A stretch of 64,000 bases of DNA from an uncultured Candidatus Binatia bacterium (GCA_965242525.1 OZ251459.1:3712001-3776000); one strand, 5' to 3'; positions 1 to 10,341 are shown, counted from the first letter of the stretch. Notes: generated by a model not told the origin, from the sequence alone. Made by a program: numbers and translations.

Positions 1-1
1 C

Positions 2-1447
2 GTGGCCCACCTGGCCCAGGAGAAGGTCGGGCAGGGGTTGGACCTGCTGGAGGCCGTGCGCGAGACCATCCGCGAGATCCGGGGCTCCTACGCCATGATC
101 TTCATGAGCCAGCGCGAACCCCACCGGCTCGTGGTGGCCAAGAGCGCCTCGCCTATAGTCATCGGGCAGGCCCGGGGGGAGACCTTCGTGGCCTCGGACA
201 TCCCCGCGCTGCTGGAATACACCCGGGACGTGGTCTTCCTGGAGGACGGGGAACTGGCCGAAGTGCGGGCGGACGGTTTCCGCATACTCGACTCCGAATC
301 GAGACCCCTGGAGCGGGAAACCCGGCGGATCACCTGGGACGCCCTTGCGGCGCAGAAGGGCGGCTACCGCCATTTCATGCTGAAGGAGATCCACGAGCAG
401 CCCCAGGCCGTGACCGACACCCTGCGGGGACGCACCTCCCTCGAATCCGGCGCGGTGGACTTCGCCGGCCCCAACCTCACCCGGGAGCGACTGGCGCGCA
501 CGAGGAAGGTCCACCTGGTGGGCTGCGGCACGGCGTGGCACGCGGCGCTGGTGGGCAAGTTCCTGCTGGAGGAACTGGCCGGGGTCCCCGTCGAAGTGGA
601 TTACGGCTCGGAGTTCCGCCACCGGACGCCGCTCATCGAACCGGATTCGCTCATCCTGCTCGTCAGCCAGTCGGGGGAGACCGCGGACACCCTGGCCGCG
701 GTGGAGACCGCCCGGCAACGAGGCGCCGGGGTCCTCTCCATCTGCAACGTGGTGGATTCGTCCCTCGCCCGGAAGTCCGACGGCGTCTTCTACACCCACG
801 CCGGACCGGAGATCAGCGTGGCCAGCACCAAGGCGTTCACCACGCAACTCGCCGCCCTCTACGTGCTGGCGGTCCGACTGGGGCAACTTGGCGGCCGCCT
901 CGGGCCCGCGGAGGCCGCCCGCCTGCTGGAAGACGCCGCCCGCCTGCCCGGATGGATCGAGACCGCCCTGAAGCTCGAGCAACCCGTGGCCGAGCTCGCC
1001 CACGGACTGAGCCACGCCAGCCACGTGCTCTACCTGGGGCGGGGCATCAACTACCCCATCGCCCTGGAAGGCGCCCTCAAGCTGAAGGAGATCTCCTACA
1101 TCCACGCCGAAGGATACCCCGCGGGCGAGCTGAAGCACGGCCCCATCGCCCTGGTGGACGAGGACATGCCGGTGGTGCTGCTCCTGCCCCGGGACCGCTA
1201 CTACCCCAAGACCCTCGGCAACCTGAAGGAAGTCGAGTCCCGCGGCGGGAACGTGCTGGTGGTCACCGACGATCCCGACGGGAGCGTCGAAGCGAAGCCC
1301 GCCCTCGTGGTCCCCAAGGTCCCCTACCACTTGGCGCCGGTGGTGTTGACCATCCCCTTGCAGCTACTGGCCTACCACATCGCAGTCCACCGGGGCACCG
1401 ACGTGGACCAGCCCCGCAACCTGGCCAAGAGCGTGACCGTGGAGTAG
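2..1447 (+). CDS. glmS: Glutamine-fructose-6-phosphate aminotransferase (5' truncated by window edge)
   Basis: SIS-domain motifs SQSGETADT, VASTKAFT, EGALKLKEISYIHAEG and C-terminal DVDQPRNLAKSVTVE. Confidence 0.97.
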   Translation: MAHLAQEKVGQGLDLLEAVRETIREIRGSYAMIFMSQREPHRLVVAKSASPIVIGQARGETFVASDIPALLEYTRDVVFLEDGELAEVRADGFRILDSESRPLERETRRITWDALAAQKGGYRHFMLKEIHEQPQAVTDTLRGRTSLESGAVDFAGPNLTRERLARTRKVHLVGCGTAWHAALVGKFLLEELAGVPVEVDYGSEFRHRTPLIEPDSLILLVSQSGETADTLAAVETARQRGAGVLSICNVVDSSLARKSDGVFYTHAGPEISVASTKAFTTQLAALYVLAVRLGQLGGRLGPAEAARLLEDAARLPGWIETALKLEQPVAELAHGLSHASHVLYLGRGINYPIALEGALKLKEISYIHAEGYPAGELKHGPIALVDEDMPVVLLLPRDRYYPKTLGNLKEVESRGGNVLVVTDDPDGSVEAKPALVVPKVPYHLAPVVLTIPLQLLAYHIAVHRGTDVDQPRNLAKSVTVE

Positions 1448-1459
1448 CGGAACGCGGGA

Positions 1460-1532
1460 TGAATGCGCCCTTCGACTCCGCTTCGCTACGCTCAGGACGA
1501 ACGGGGACAAGAGGGTCAGGGTGAGGGAAACC
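1460..1532 (-). repeat. Partial MITE-A / CGTC-hairpin repeat overlapping the rlmE stop codon
   Basis: ccttcgactccgcttcgctacgctcaggacgaacgggg...gggtcagggtgagggaa matches the repeat seen more than 20 times in the window. Confidence 0.8.
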
Positions 1533-2133
1533 GGCCTCCGCCTCTCCGGAAACCCTGGGCCGTCACGTAGATCTCCGACGACCCCTTGCGCGTGGCGGCG
1601 GAGCGGACCCGTCGCACCACGGGGAAGTCCGACGACAACTCCTCCAGCAGGGCGGGCAGGTCGGCGCCGGTGAAGGTCTTGAAGAGCAAGGCGCCGCGGG
1701 GCTTCAGGACCGTGCGAGCAATCTCCCACGCCTTTCGGGCCAGTTCCAGGGCGCGCCCTTCGTCCGCGTCGCGGACGCCTGACAGGCGCGGGGCCATGTC
1801 GGAGAGGACGCAGTCCGCGGCGCATCCCAAGAGCGCGCCGATGCGCTCCGCGGCGTCCTCCGCTAGCACGTCCAGCTCGAACGCGGTCACGTTCCCGCCA
1901 GGCAGGGGCCGTATGGGCTGAAGGTCGAAGCCCATCACCCTTCCCCGGGGGCCGGCGAACTCGGATGCCACCTGGAGCCACCCTCCGGGCGCCGCGCCCA
2001 AGTCCACCACCGCGCTGTCGGCCCGGATCAGGCGAAGCCGCCGGTTGATCTCCAGCAGCTTGTAGGCCGCCCGCGAACGATAACCCTCGCGCTTGGCCTT
2101 GCGAAAGAACCCGTCCTGCGGTCGATACGCCAT
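1516..2133 (-). CDS. rlmE: 23S rRNA Um2552 2'-O-methyltransferase RlmE/FtsJ
   Basis: YRSRAAYKL, VVDLGAAPGGW, VLSDMAP and SSEIY motifs. Confidence 0.95.
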   Translation of the reverse strand: MAYRPQDGFFRKAKREGYRSRAAYKLLEINRRLRLIRADSAVVDLGAAPGGWLQVASEFAGPRGRVMGFDLQPIRPLPGGNVTAFELDVLAEDAAERIGALLGCAADCVLSDMAPRLSGVRDADEGRALELARKAWEIARTVLKPRGALLFKTFTGADLPALLEELSSDFPVVRRVRSAATRKGSSEIYVTAQGFRRGGGRFPSP

Positions 2134-2149
2134 GCCTCACACACGGGAA

Positions 2150-2275
2150 GGAAACCCTGAACAACGACCCCCGTTCATCTTGAGACACGAAGCGAAGATC
2201 CCATGCATCTGAGCGTAGCGGAGGCCTCCGTTCGTCCTGAGCGTAGCGAAGCGAAGTCGAAGGACGCGCCTTCCC
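2150..2275 (+). repeat. MITE-B-like repeat with two degenerate partial units before one full hairpin core
   Basis: Begins ggaaaccctgaac and ends ccgttcgtcctgagcgtagcgaagcgaagtcgaaggacgcg. Confidence 0.75.
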
Positions 2276-2354
2276 ATGAAGCCGTCCGCGCCCGGTGGAC
2301 GGGCGGCAGACCCGATACTTGACTTCATCGAACCTTAGATGATATTTGCGACGG

Positions 2355-4301
2355 ATGCTATTCCAGAGTCTATTCCACAGTATCCGCAGCAGGCTTTTCC
2401 TCCTGCTGGTTCCGGCGCTCGCGGTGGGGGCTTTCACCTGGGGCGGCGAGGCCCGGGCGCTGGAGTTCGGCTCCGGCGAGGTCGAGGCGAGCCTCGACAC
2501 CACCCTCTCCTACGGCGCGACCTTCCGGGTAGCGGACCGTGACCCGGAGTTGACGGCGGACATCAACGGCAACGACGGCGACCTCAACTACAAGACCGGC
2601 GTCGTCAGCAACGCCGTCAAGTTCACCAGCGAGTTCGACCTGGGCTACCGCAACTTCGGGTTGTTCGTTCGCGGCACCGGGTTCTTCGACGCCGAGAACG
2701 AGAACGGCACGCGGGAACGCACGCCCCTGTCCCCCAAGGCCAAGCGCATGGTCGGGAAGGACATCGACCTGCTCGACGCCTACGCCACCGGGACCTTCGA
2801 CCTCGGTGAGGTCACCGCGGACCTGCGGGTCGGCAAGCACGTGCTCAACTGGGGCGAGAGCACCTTCATCCAGGGCGGCGTCAACGCCATCAACCCGTTC
2901 GACGTGAGCAAGCTCCGGGTGCCCGGGGCGGAGTTGCGCGAGGCGCTGGTGGCGGTCCCCCTCGTATCCACGGTGCTGGAGTTCCCGGTTGGCCTTTCGG
3001 CGGAGGGCTTCTACCAGCTCGACTGGGACAAGACCGAGATCGACCCGGTGGGAAGCTACTTCTCGGTGACGGACTATGTGGGCCCCGGCGCGACCAGGGC
3101 GGTGGTCCCCATCAGCGGCAGCGGCGTGACCGACGTGGGATTCGGCTTCGGTCCTCTCACGCAGTACATCAACGCCGACCTTGGCGGTGCGCGGCAGCCC
3201 CTCCAGCCGGATTTCGACCCCGGTTTCCTGAACGTGGTGCGCGGCCCCGACCGCAACCCCGCGGACTCGGGACAGTGGGGAGTCGCCTTCCGCTACCTCG
3301 CCGAGCAGTTGAACGAGACCGAGTTCGGCCTCTACTTCGTCAACTACCATAGCCGCCTGCCCACGGTCGGCGCCATCACCGGCACCCGGGCCGGAGTCCA
3401 GGCCGGTCTCGCCGCGGCCCAGGCCGTGGGCTCGTCCACCTCCAACACCACCCAGGCGGTCACTGCGCAGGTCACTGCGGACGTCCAGGCCGGACAAATC
3501 GCTCCCGCAGCCGCCCCGACGATGATCGGGCAACGGGTGGGCGCGGCCGCCGGCGCCCTCGGAGTAGATCGGTACACGAAGACCGCGAGCTACTTCATCG
3601 AGTACCCCGAGGACATCCAGCTCATCGGCCTGAGCTTCAACACCGACCTCGGAACCACGGGGTGGGCGTTGCAGGGCGAGTACTCCTTCCGCAAGGACCA
3701 GCCGCTGCAGCGGGCCGAGCGCGCCCTGTTCGAAGAAGGTCTGGGTCCGTTCCTGAGGCTCGTGCGCACGGAACGTCCGGATTACCTTCCCCCTGCCGAA
3801 GTCCCCGGTTACCTTGCGGCCTACCAACCGACAAGGGTACAGGGCTACATCAAGCGCGACGTGAGCCAGGCCCAGGCCACCGCCACCCGGGTCTTCGGGC
3901 CGACGCTGGGGGCGGACAGCCTCATCTTCCTTACGGAAGTGGCGGGCATGTTCGTGCATGACATGCCCAAGCAGGCCGACTCTCCCATCGAAAGCCCCGC
4001 GGGCGGGAGCGACGCGGACGCCACCTCCTGGGGTTACCGGGTGGCGTCGCGTCTCGACTACAACAACGCCGTCGGCGCCGTGAACCTGTTTCCGTACTTG
4101 CAGTTCCAGCACGACGTGAGCGGCGACAGCCCATCGCCCAGCGGCTCGTTCGTGCAGGGGCGGACCGCGCTGACCGTGGGGGTGCGCGCCAGCTACCTCG
4201 CGAGCTGGGAGGCCAACCTCGGCTACACCAGCTTCTCCGGCCGGAGAAACGAGTTGCGCGACCGCGATTTCGTCGCCGCCACCGTCAAGTACTCCTTCTA
4301 G
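2355..4301 (+). CDS. DUF1302 family outer-membrane protein
   Basis: Signal peptide, LDTTLSYG, NGNDGDLNY, VLNWGES and C-terminal DRDFVAATVKYSF with terminal Phe; typical operon context. Start is ATG 2355 or TTG 2346. Confidence 0.85.
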   Translation: MLFQSLFHSIRSRLFLLLVPALAVGAFTWGGEARALEFGSGEVEASLDTTLSYGATFRVADRDPELTADINGNDGDLNYKTGVVSNAVKFTSEFDLGYRNFGLFVRGTGFFDAENENGTRERTPLSPKAKRMVGKDIDLLDAYATGTFDLGEVTADLRVGKHVLNWGESTFIQGGVNAINPFDVSKLRVPGAELREALVAVPLVSTVLEFPVGLSAEGFYQLDWDKTEIDPVGSYFSVTDYVGPGATRAVVPISGSGVTDVGFGFGPLTQYINADLGGARQPLQPDFDPGFLNVVRGPDRNPADSGQWGVAFRYLAEQLNETEFGLYFVNYHSRLPTVGAITGTRAGVQAGLAAAQAVGSSTSNTTQAVTAQVTADVQAGQIAPAAAPTMIGQRVGAAAGALGVDRYTKTASYFIEYPEDIQLIGLSFNTDLGTTGWALQGEYSFRKDQPLQRAERALFEEGLGPFLRLVRTERPDYLPPAEVPGYLAAYQPTRVQGYIKRDVSQAQATATRVFGPTLGADSLIFLTEVAGMFVHDMPKQADSPIESPAGGSDADATSWGYRVASRLDYNNAVGAVNLFPYLQFQHDVSGDSPSPSGSFVQGRTALTVGVRASYLASWEANLGYTSFSGRRNELRDRDFVAATVKYSF

Positions 4302-4311
4302 CATCACAGCC

Positions 4312-5679
4312 ATGAACACCAGAACACCGATGATTCGATTCGCCGCGGCGTTGGCTCTGGCGTGCGCCCTCGCCCATCCTGCCGCGGCAGAGATTTCGGC
4401 CGACGAGGTCGCGCGGCTCGGCCGCGACCTGACCCCCCTGGGGGGAGAACGGGCGGGCAACGCCGATGGCTCCATCCCCGAGTGGACCGGCGGCATCACC
4501 CGACCGCCGGCCGGCTACGAGGTCGGCCAGCACCACCCGGACCCCTACGCCGCGGACCGGCCGCTCTTCGTCATCGACGCCGCCAACCTGGACCGGCACC
4601 GCGACAAGCTCTCGGTGGGCCACCAGCGAATGCTGGAGACCTATCCGGGTTTCCGGCTGAACGTCTATCCCACCCGGCGCAGCGCGTCCGTCCCCCAGCG
4701 CATCTACGACGCCACCCGGCGGGCCGCCGCCACCGCCAGGCTGGTGGACGACGGCAACGGCGTCGGCGGCGCGGTCATCGGCACCCCGTTCCCCATCCCC
4801 AGGAACGGCCTGGAGGTCATCTGGAACCACCTGCTGCGCTACCGGGGCGAGACGGTGACCTGCACCGTGGGCCAAGCCGCGGTCACCCGCGGCGGCGCCT
4901 ACACCATGGTGAAGTACGCCCTCGACATCAAGGTGCGCTACTCCCTCCCGGGCATGACCGAGGAAGAACTCGGCAATTCCATGGTCCTGTTCAAGCAGAA
5001 GGTGGTGGCGCCGGCGCGGCTCGCGGGGGACCTCCTGCTGGTGCATGAAACCATGAACCAGGCCCGGGAGCCGCGGCGCGCATGGACCTACAACCCCGGC
5101 CAACGGCGGGTGCGCCGGGCCCCGAACGTGGCCTACGACAACCCCGGCACCACCTCCGACGGACTGCGCACCGCGGACCAGTTCGACATGTTCAACGGCG
5201 CGGTGGACCGCTACGACTGGAAGCTCGTGGGCAAGCGGGAGATGTACGTGCCCTACAACTCCTACAAGCTGCACAGCGACCGGCTCGCCTTCACCGACAT
5301 CCTCAAGCCGCTGCACGTGAACCCGGAGCACCTGCGCTACGAGCTGCACCGGGTGTGGGTGCTGGAAGCGACCCTCAAGGAAGGCGCGCGCCACATCTAC
5401 AAGCGGCGCACCCTGTACGTGGACGAGGACTCCTGGCAGATCCTGCTCGCGGACATCTACGACAACCGCGACCAGCTCTGGCGCATGTCGGAAGGCCACG
5501 TCATCAACTTCTACGAAAAGCCGATGGTATGGCCGACGCTGGAAGTGCACACCGACCTGCAGGCGGGACGCTACCTCGCCCTCGGCCTGGACAACGAGTT
5601 TCCCATATGCACCTTCGACATGGAGTACACGTCCCGGGACTTCACGCCGGCGTCCCTGCGCCGAGAGGGCAGACGCTGA
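4312..5679 (+). CDS. DUF1329 domain periplasmic protein
   Basis: LTPLGGERAGNADGSIPEWTG, AWTYNPGQRRVRRAP and YELHRVWVLEATLK motifs; follows DUF1302. Confidence 0.9.
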   Translation: MNTRTPMIRFAAALALACALAHPAAAEISADEVARLGRDLTPLGGERAGNADGSIPEWTGGITRPPAGYEVGQHHPDPYAADRPLFVIDAANLDRHRDKLSVGHQRMLETYPGFRLNVYPTRRSASVPQRIYDATRRAAATARLVDDGNGVGGAVIGTPFPIPRNGLEVIWNHLLRYRGETVTCTVGQAAVTRGGAYTMVKYALDIKVRYSLPGMTEEELGNSMVLFKQKVVAPARLAGDLLLVHETMNQAREPRRAWTYNPGQRRVRRAPNVAYDNPGTTSDGLRTADQFDMFNGAVDRYDWKLVGKREMYVPYNSYKLHSDRLAFTDILKPLHVNPEHLRYELHRVWVLEATLKEGARHIYKRRTLYVDEDSWQILLADIYDNRDQLWRMSEGHVINFYEKPMVWPTLEVHTDLQAGRYLALGLDNEFPICTFDMEYTSRDFTPASLRREGRR

Positions 5680-5800
5680 GCCCGCCAGCCGGCTGAAACC
5701 CCGGCGCTCACCGAAGCCGGAACTGCGCCGGCCGCCGCCCGACGCCGGCCGGCACGGCCGGAGGATCCCCGAAGCCGTTTCGGGCTTCGTGCTGTGTTAC

Positions 5801-5898
5801 GGAACGTCTGAACGATGTCATACCTCCCTTGGGAATGCGCGTCCTTCGACTTCGCTTCGCTACGCTCAGGACGAACGGAATGGTTGCTCAGGGTTTCC
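5801..5898. mobile_element. MITE-B-like element
   Basis: ggaacgtctgaacgat...cagggtttcc termini enclosing the hairpin core. Confidence 0.65.
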
Positions 5899-5901
5899 TT
5901 G

Positions 5902-6240
5902 GGAACCTCTGAACAATCGAGACATCCGGGATGGATTCCCGATGCTCTCACCCTGACGCCCCTGTCCCTATTCGTCCCGAGCGTAGCGAAGCAGAGACCT
6001 CCGTTCATCCCGAGCGTAGCGAAACGAAGACCTCCGTTCATCCTGAGCGTAGCGAAGCGAAGACTTCCGTTCATCCTGAGCGTAGCGAAGCGGAGACTTC
6101 CGTTCATCCTGAGCGTAGCGAAGCGGAGACTTCCGTTCATCCTGAGCGTAGCGAAGCGGAGACCCCCGTTCATCCTGAGCGTAGCGAAGCGAAGTCGAAG
6201 GATGCGCTCATTCCCCCTGTCCGGGCTGTTCAGAGGTTCC
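5902..6240 (+). mobile_element. MITE-A with an internal 33-bp x7 tandem expansion
   Basis: TIRs ggaacctctgaaca / tgttcagaggttcc; unit ccgttcatcctgagcgtagcgaagcggagactt at 5968-6201. Confidence 0.85.
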
Positions 6241-6258
6241 CCTACGCCTCGGTAACCC

Positions 6259-7236
6259 ATGCAGGCGATACCCTGCCTTGCGGGCAGCTTGCCGAGACGC
6301 GCCCGCGTCCTGACCGGTCTGTTGCTCGCACTCGTCCCGGGACTCCCGGGACTTGCCCATGCCGACGCCAAACCGGCCATCCACGCGCCCCTGGCGGTCG
6401 AGTCGCTGCTGCTCGACGGGGCGGTGGCGGGTTCGCGGGTGGTAGTGGTGGGCGAACGCGGCCACATCCTGGTCTCCACCGACCGCGGCGACAACTGGAA
6501 ACAGGCGCAGACCCCCACCCGGGCCTTGCTGACCGCGGTGCACATGCACGATGAGCGCACCGGCTGGGCGGTGGGGCACGACGCGGTGATCCTCCGCACC
6601 GACGATGGCGGCGACACTTGGCGGCTGTTGCACCGGGCGCCGGAAGAGGAGCGCCCGCTGCTGGACGTGTGGTTCCGGGACCGGGAGACGGGCTTTGCGG
6701 TGGGCGCCTACGGTTATTTCCTGGCCACCCGGGACGGCGGCGCCGCCTGGACGTCCCGCGCCGTCAGCAAGGACGACTTCCACTTGAACGCCATCGCGCC
6801 CGCGGGGGACCGGCGGCTGTTCATGGCCGCAGAGGCCGGGGTGGTATATCGCTCCGAAGACCGCGGCGATACGTGGCAGGAGCTGCCCTCGCCCTACGCC
6901 GGCTCGTGGTTCGGCGTCCTCCCCCTGGACGAGGACCGGGTACTGCTGATGGGGCTTCGGGGCCACCTGTTCCGCTCCGAGGACGCGGGCGAGAGCTGGA
7001 CGCAGGTGGCCACCGGCACCACCGCGACCCTCACCGGCGCGGTTCGGCTGCCGCGCGGCGAGGTGCTGGTCACGGGCCTCGGGGGGACCCTGCTCCGCAG
7101 CCGGGACCGCGGGCGCACCGTATCCGCCACGCGGCTGCCCATGCGCCAGGGCGTCTCCTCGGCGCTGGCGCTGGCCGACGGCAGCGTGCTGCTGACCGGA
7201 GAGTTCGGCGTCCGTCGTCTGCCCCGGCCCGAATAG
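6259..7236 (+). CDS. YCF48/BNR-repeat beta-propeller protein
   Basis: Repeated Asp-box motifs (STDRGDNW, TDDGGDTW, SEDRGDTW, SEDAGESW) and VVGERGHIL. Confidence 0.88.
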   Translation: MQAIPCLAGSLPRRARVLTGLLLALVPGLPGLAHADAKPAIHAPLAVESLLLDGAVAGSRVVVVGERGHILVSTDRGDNWKQAQTPTRALLTAVHMHDERTGWAVGHDAVILRTDDGGDTWRLLHRAPEEERPLLDVWFRDRETGFAVGAYGYFLATRDGGAAWTSRAVSKDDFHLNAIAPAGDRRLFMAAEAGVVYRSEDRGDTWQELPSPYAGSWFGVLPLDEDRVLLMGLRGHLFRSEDAGESWTQVATGTTATLTGAVRLPRGEVLVTGLGGTLLRSRDRGRTVSATRLPMRQGVSSALALADGSVLLTGEFGVRRLPRPE

Positions 7237-7243
7237 ACGCCCC

Positions 7244-9628
7244 ATGGCTGCCGCACCCGACGTTTCCCGGCCGAACCCGCTCGCCGCCCGCATGGAGCGC
7301 TTCCTGTTCGGCCGCCGCGCGCTCGTCATCGCGGCCTTCGCCCTCGTCACCCTGGTCATGGGGTGGTTCGCCGCGCAGTTGCGGGTGGACGCCGGTTTCC
7401 TCAAGCTGGTTCCCCTCCAGCATCCCTACATGCAGACCTTCCTCCAGCACCGGGAGGAGTTCGGCGACGCCAACCGGGTGGTGGTGGCGCTCATGGCGCG
7501 CGAGGGCGACATCTTCACCCCCGAGTTCTTCGACGTGCTGCGCCAGGTCACCGACGCGGTGTTCTTCCTGCCCGGGGTCGATCGCACCCAGGTCTATTCC
7601 ATCCTCACCCCCAACGTGCGCTACATCGAGGTGCTGGAGGACGGCGTCAGCGCCGACAACGTGCTGCCCGCGGACTTCCGCCCCACCGAGGCCGGCCTTG
7701 CCCGCGTGCGCGACAACGCCATCAAGGCCGGCGTCGTGGGCCGGCTGGTGGCCAACGACTTCACCGGCGCCATCGTCAGCGCCAAGCTCCAGGAGTTCCA
7801 CCCGAACACCGGCGAGCGGCTCGACTACGTGGAGGTGGCGCGCCAGCTCGAGGAGATCCGCAGCCGGGCGGAGGAGCGCGCCCGTGTGGATGTGCACGTC
7901 ATCGGGTTCGCCAAGCTGGTGGGGGACATCGCCGCGGGGGCCACGCGGGTGGCGGCGTTCTTCGGCATCGCGTTCCTGGTCACCGCCCTGTTCGTGTACC
8001 TCTACACCCGGTCGGTGCGCCTGACCGTCCCGCCGCTGGCGTGCTCGCTGACCGCGTTGGTATGGCAACTCGGCGCGGTGACGGCCCTGGGCTTCGGCAT
8101 CGACCCCCTGTCCATCCTGGTGCCGTTCCTGGTGTTTGCGGTGGGGGTGAGCCACGGCGTGCAGATGGTCAACTCGGTGCGCTCCGAGGTGGTGGCCGGG
8201 GCCGCGGGCCTGGACGCCGCCCGCGCCAGTTTCCGCCGCCTGCTCCTGCCCGGGGCCGTGGCCCTCGCCTCCGATTCGGTGGGCTTCATCACCATCTCGC
8301 TCATCCAAGTGCAGGTCATCCGAGAGACGGCCATCACCGCCAGCATCGGCATCGTCGCCATCATCCTCACCAACCTGGCGCTGCTGCCGGTGCTGCTCTC
8401 GTACTTCCGCATGAGCGATGCGGAGCGGCAGGCCGCGGCCGGACGCGACAGCCTCTTGCGGCCGTTGTGGTCACGGGTGGCGCGGCTGGCGCGCCGTGGT
8501 CCGGCCGCGGCCACCATGGCCCTGTCGGCGCTGCTCGTGGCGGTGGGCGCCCACTACGCGCTCCAGGTCCGCGTGGGCGACGACCACCAGGGGGTTCCGG
8601 AACTGCGCGCCCAGTCCGTTTACAACCGTGACGTGGCCGCCATCACCGAGCGTTTCAAGATCGGCGTGGACGTGCTCACGGTGTATGCCGAAACGAAGCC
8701 GGACGGCTGCATCGACTACGAGGTGCTCCGCGCCCTGGACGAGTTCGAATGGCGCATGCGCAACGTGGAGGGGGTCCAGTCGGTGCTGGGGCTTGCGGGC
8801 GTCGCCCGCAACATCAACGCGGGCTGGCACGAGGGCAGCCTCAAGTGGCGCACCCTGCCGCGCAACCGCTATACGCTGGTGCAGTCCGTCTCGCCCGTGT
8901 CCACCAGCAGCGGGCTCATCAACACCGATTGCAGCGTGTTGCCGGTGCTGATCTACACCGCGGACCACAAGGCCGACACCATCCAGCGCATCGTGGACGC
9001 GGTGAACGACTTCCAGCGCGCCAACACCCTGGACCGCCTCACCCTTCGGCTGGCCGGCGGCAACGTGGGCGTCATGGCGGCAACCAACGAGGAAGTGGCC
9101 GCGTCCCAGTTCCCGATCCTCGACTACGTGTTCGCCGCGGTGGTCATCCTGTGCCTGGTGTCGTTCCGCTCGGTGGCCGCCACCGTGTGCATCATCGTGC
9201 CGCTGGCCGCGGTGTCCCTGCTGGCTTACGGGCTCATGGCGATCCTCGAGATCGGACTCAAGATCTCGACCCTGCCGGTGGTGGCCCTGGGGGTGGGCAT
9301 CGGGGTGGACTACGCCATCTACATCTACGGCCGGCTCCGTACCCACCTCGACCAGGGTCTCGACTTCGCCGACGCCTACGAGCGGACGCTCAACGTCACC
9401 GGGGCGAGCGTGGCGCTGACCGGCCTGACCCTCGCCGCGGGAGTGGCCACGTGGATCGCGGCCCCGCTCAAGTTCCAGGCCGACATGGGCACCGTGTTGA
9501 TGTTCATGTTCCTGGTGAACATGGTCGCCGCGGTGGTGCTGCTGCCCGCCCTCGGCGCCTGGCTGGTGCGGCCGAAGCGCGCGAAGAAACCCGCGGACGG
9601 ATCCCCCGCCGGCTCGCCCGAGGGTTGA
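7244..9628 (+). CDS. MMPL/RND family transporter
   Basis: Two TM bundles with periplasmic loops; GVSHGVQM and GIGVDYAIY motifs. Confidence 0.9.
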   Translation: MAAAPDVSRPNPLAARMERFLFGRRALVIAAFALVTLVMGWFAAQLRVDAGFLKLVPLQHPYMQTFLQHREEFGDANRVVVALMAREGDIFTPEFFDVLRQVTDAVFFLPGVDRTQVYSILTPNVRYIEVLEDGVSADNVLPADFRPTEAGLARVRDNAIKAGVVGRLVANDFTGAIVSAKLQEFHPNTGERLDYVEVARQLEEIRSRAEERARVDVHVIGFAKLVGDIAAGATRVAAFFGIAFLVTALFVYLYTRSVRLTVPPLACSLTALVWQLGAVTALGFGIDPLSILVPFLVFAVGVSHGVQMVNSVRSEVVAGAAGLDAARASFRRLLLPGAVALASDSVGFITISLIQVQVIRETAITASIGIVAIILTNLALLPVLLSYFRMSDAERQAAAGRDSLLRPLWSRVARLARRGPAAATMALSALLVAVGAHYALQVRVGDDHQGVPELRAQSVYNRDVAAITERFKIGVDVLTVYAETKPDGCIDYEVLRALDEFEWRMRNVEGVQSVLGLAGVARNINAGWHEGSLKWRTLPRNRYTLVQSVSPVSTSSGLINTDCSVLPVLIYTADHKADTIQRIVDAVNDFQRANTLDRLTLRLAGGNVGVMAATNEEVAASQFPILDYVFAAVVILCLVSFRSVAATVCIIVPLAAVSLLAYGLMAILEIGLKISTLPVVALGVGIGVDYAIYIYGRLRTHLDQGLDFADAYERTLNVTGASVALTGLTLAAGVATWIAAPLKFQADMGTVLMFMFLVNMVAAVVLLPALGAWLVRPKRAKKPADGSPAGSPEG

Positions 9629-9702
9629 CGCCCTGGTCTCGAAGGATGAGCGGGCGGATGGGGCTGGGGACGGATGGGCCGGATGGCTCCCGATAGGCAG
9701 GA

Positions 9703-10341
9703 CTAGGCGGCGAACGAAGCCTGCACTTCCTTCTCGTAGTCCAACGCCTTCCGGACGCTCGCCCTCGCCTTCATGCGCTCGAAATGCGCCCGGCAGCCGG
9801 GATATGCGGACAGGTCCATGTCGAACTGCGTGGCGCGGCGGACGCACCAGAAGAAATGCGCGTCCGCGGCCGTGAAGTGGTCGAAGAAGTACTCGCGTCC
9901 GGCCAGCAGGCCTTCGGCGATGCCCAACGCTTCGTGCACGAAACCGGCCGCCAGACGGCGCACGCTCTCCTCGGCGTCCGCCGCGTCGCATACCTTCGCG
10001 GGCGAGTTGATCCGGCTCAGGTAAGGGTGGATGCCGGAAGCGCACCAGGACATCATCGACACCGCCTGGACCTCCTTCCAGGGGTCCGCGGGCAACAGCT
10101 TGGCGTCCGGGAAGCGGCGCGCGATCCAGATCTGGATGGCGACGTTCTCGGAAAGGGGCTGTCCGTCCACCACCAGCAACGGCACCTTGTGCTTGGGGTT
10201 CAACTTCATGTAGTCGTCGGCCCGGTTCTGCCCCTTGCGAAAGTCGAGGGGCCGCACCTCGAACGCCGCGTTCGCCTCGGTCAGCGTGACGTAGGGAACG
10301 AGCGCACAGGTGGTGGGAGCATAGTAGAGTCGAATGTCCAT
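9703..10341 (-). CDS. Glutathione S-transferase family protein
   Basis: LNPKHKVPLL, LSENVAI and FTAADAH motifs; start MDIRLYY with GGAGG upstream. The ORF-track N-terminal extension is repeat DNA. Confidence 0.92.
   Translation of the reverse strand: MDIRLYYAPTTCALVPYVTLTEANAAFEVRPLDFRKGQNRADDYMKLNPKHKVPLLVVDGQPLSENVAIQIWIARRFPDAKLLPADPWKEVQAVSMMSWCASGIHPYLSRINSPAKVCDAADAEESVRRLAAGFVHEALGIAEGLLAGREYFFDHFTAADAHFFWCVRRATQFDMDLSAYPGCRAHFERMKARASVRKALDYEKEVQASFAA

Noticed and set aside
5968-6201. Possible CRISPR array
   Set aside because: Units are contiguous with no unique spacers, the sequence is the dispersed MITE core, and there are no cas genes in the window
5571-6617. ORFs with LRFATLRMNG / PFILSVAKR / HPERSEA repeats, and similar N-terminal extensions on GST, npdG and others
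   Set aside because: These are translations of the non-coding repeat and recur wherever the MITE occurs
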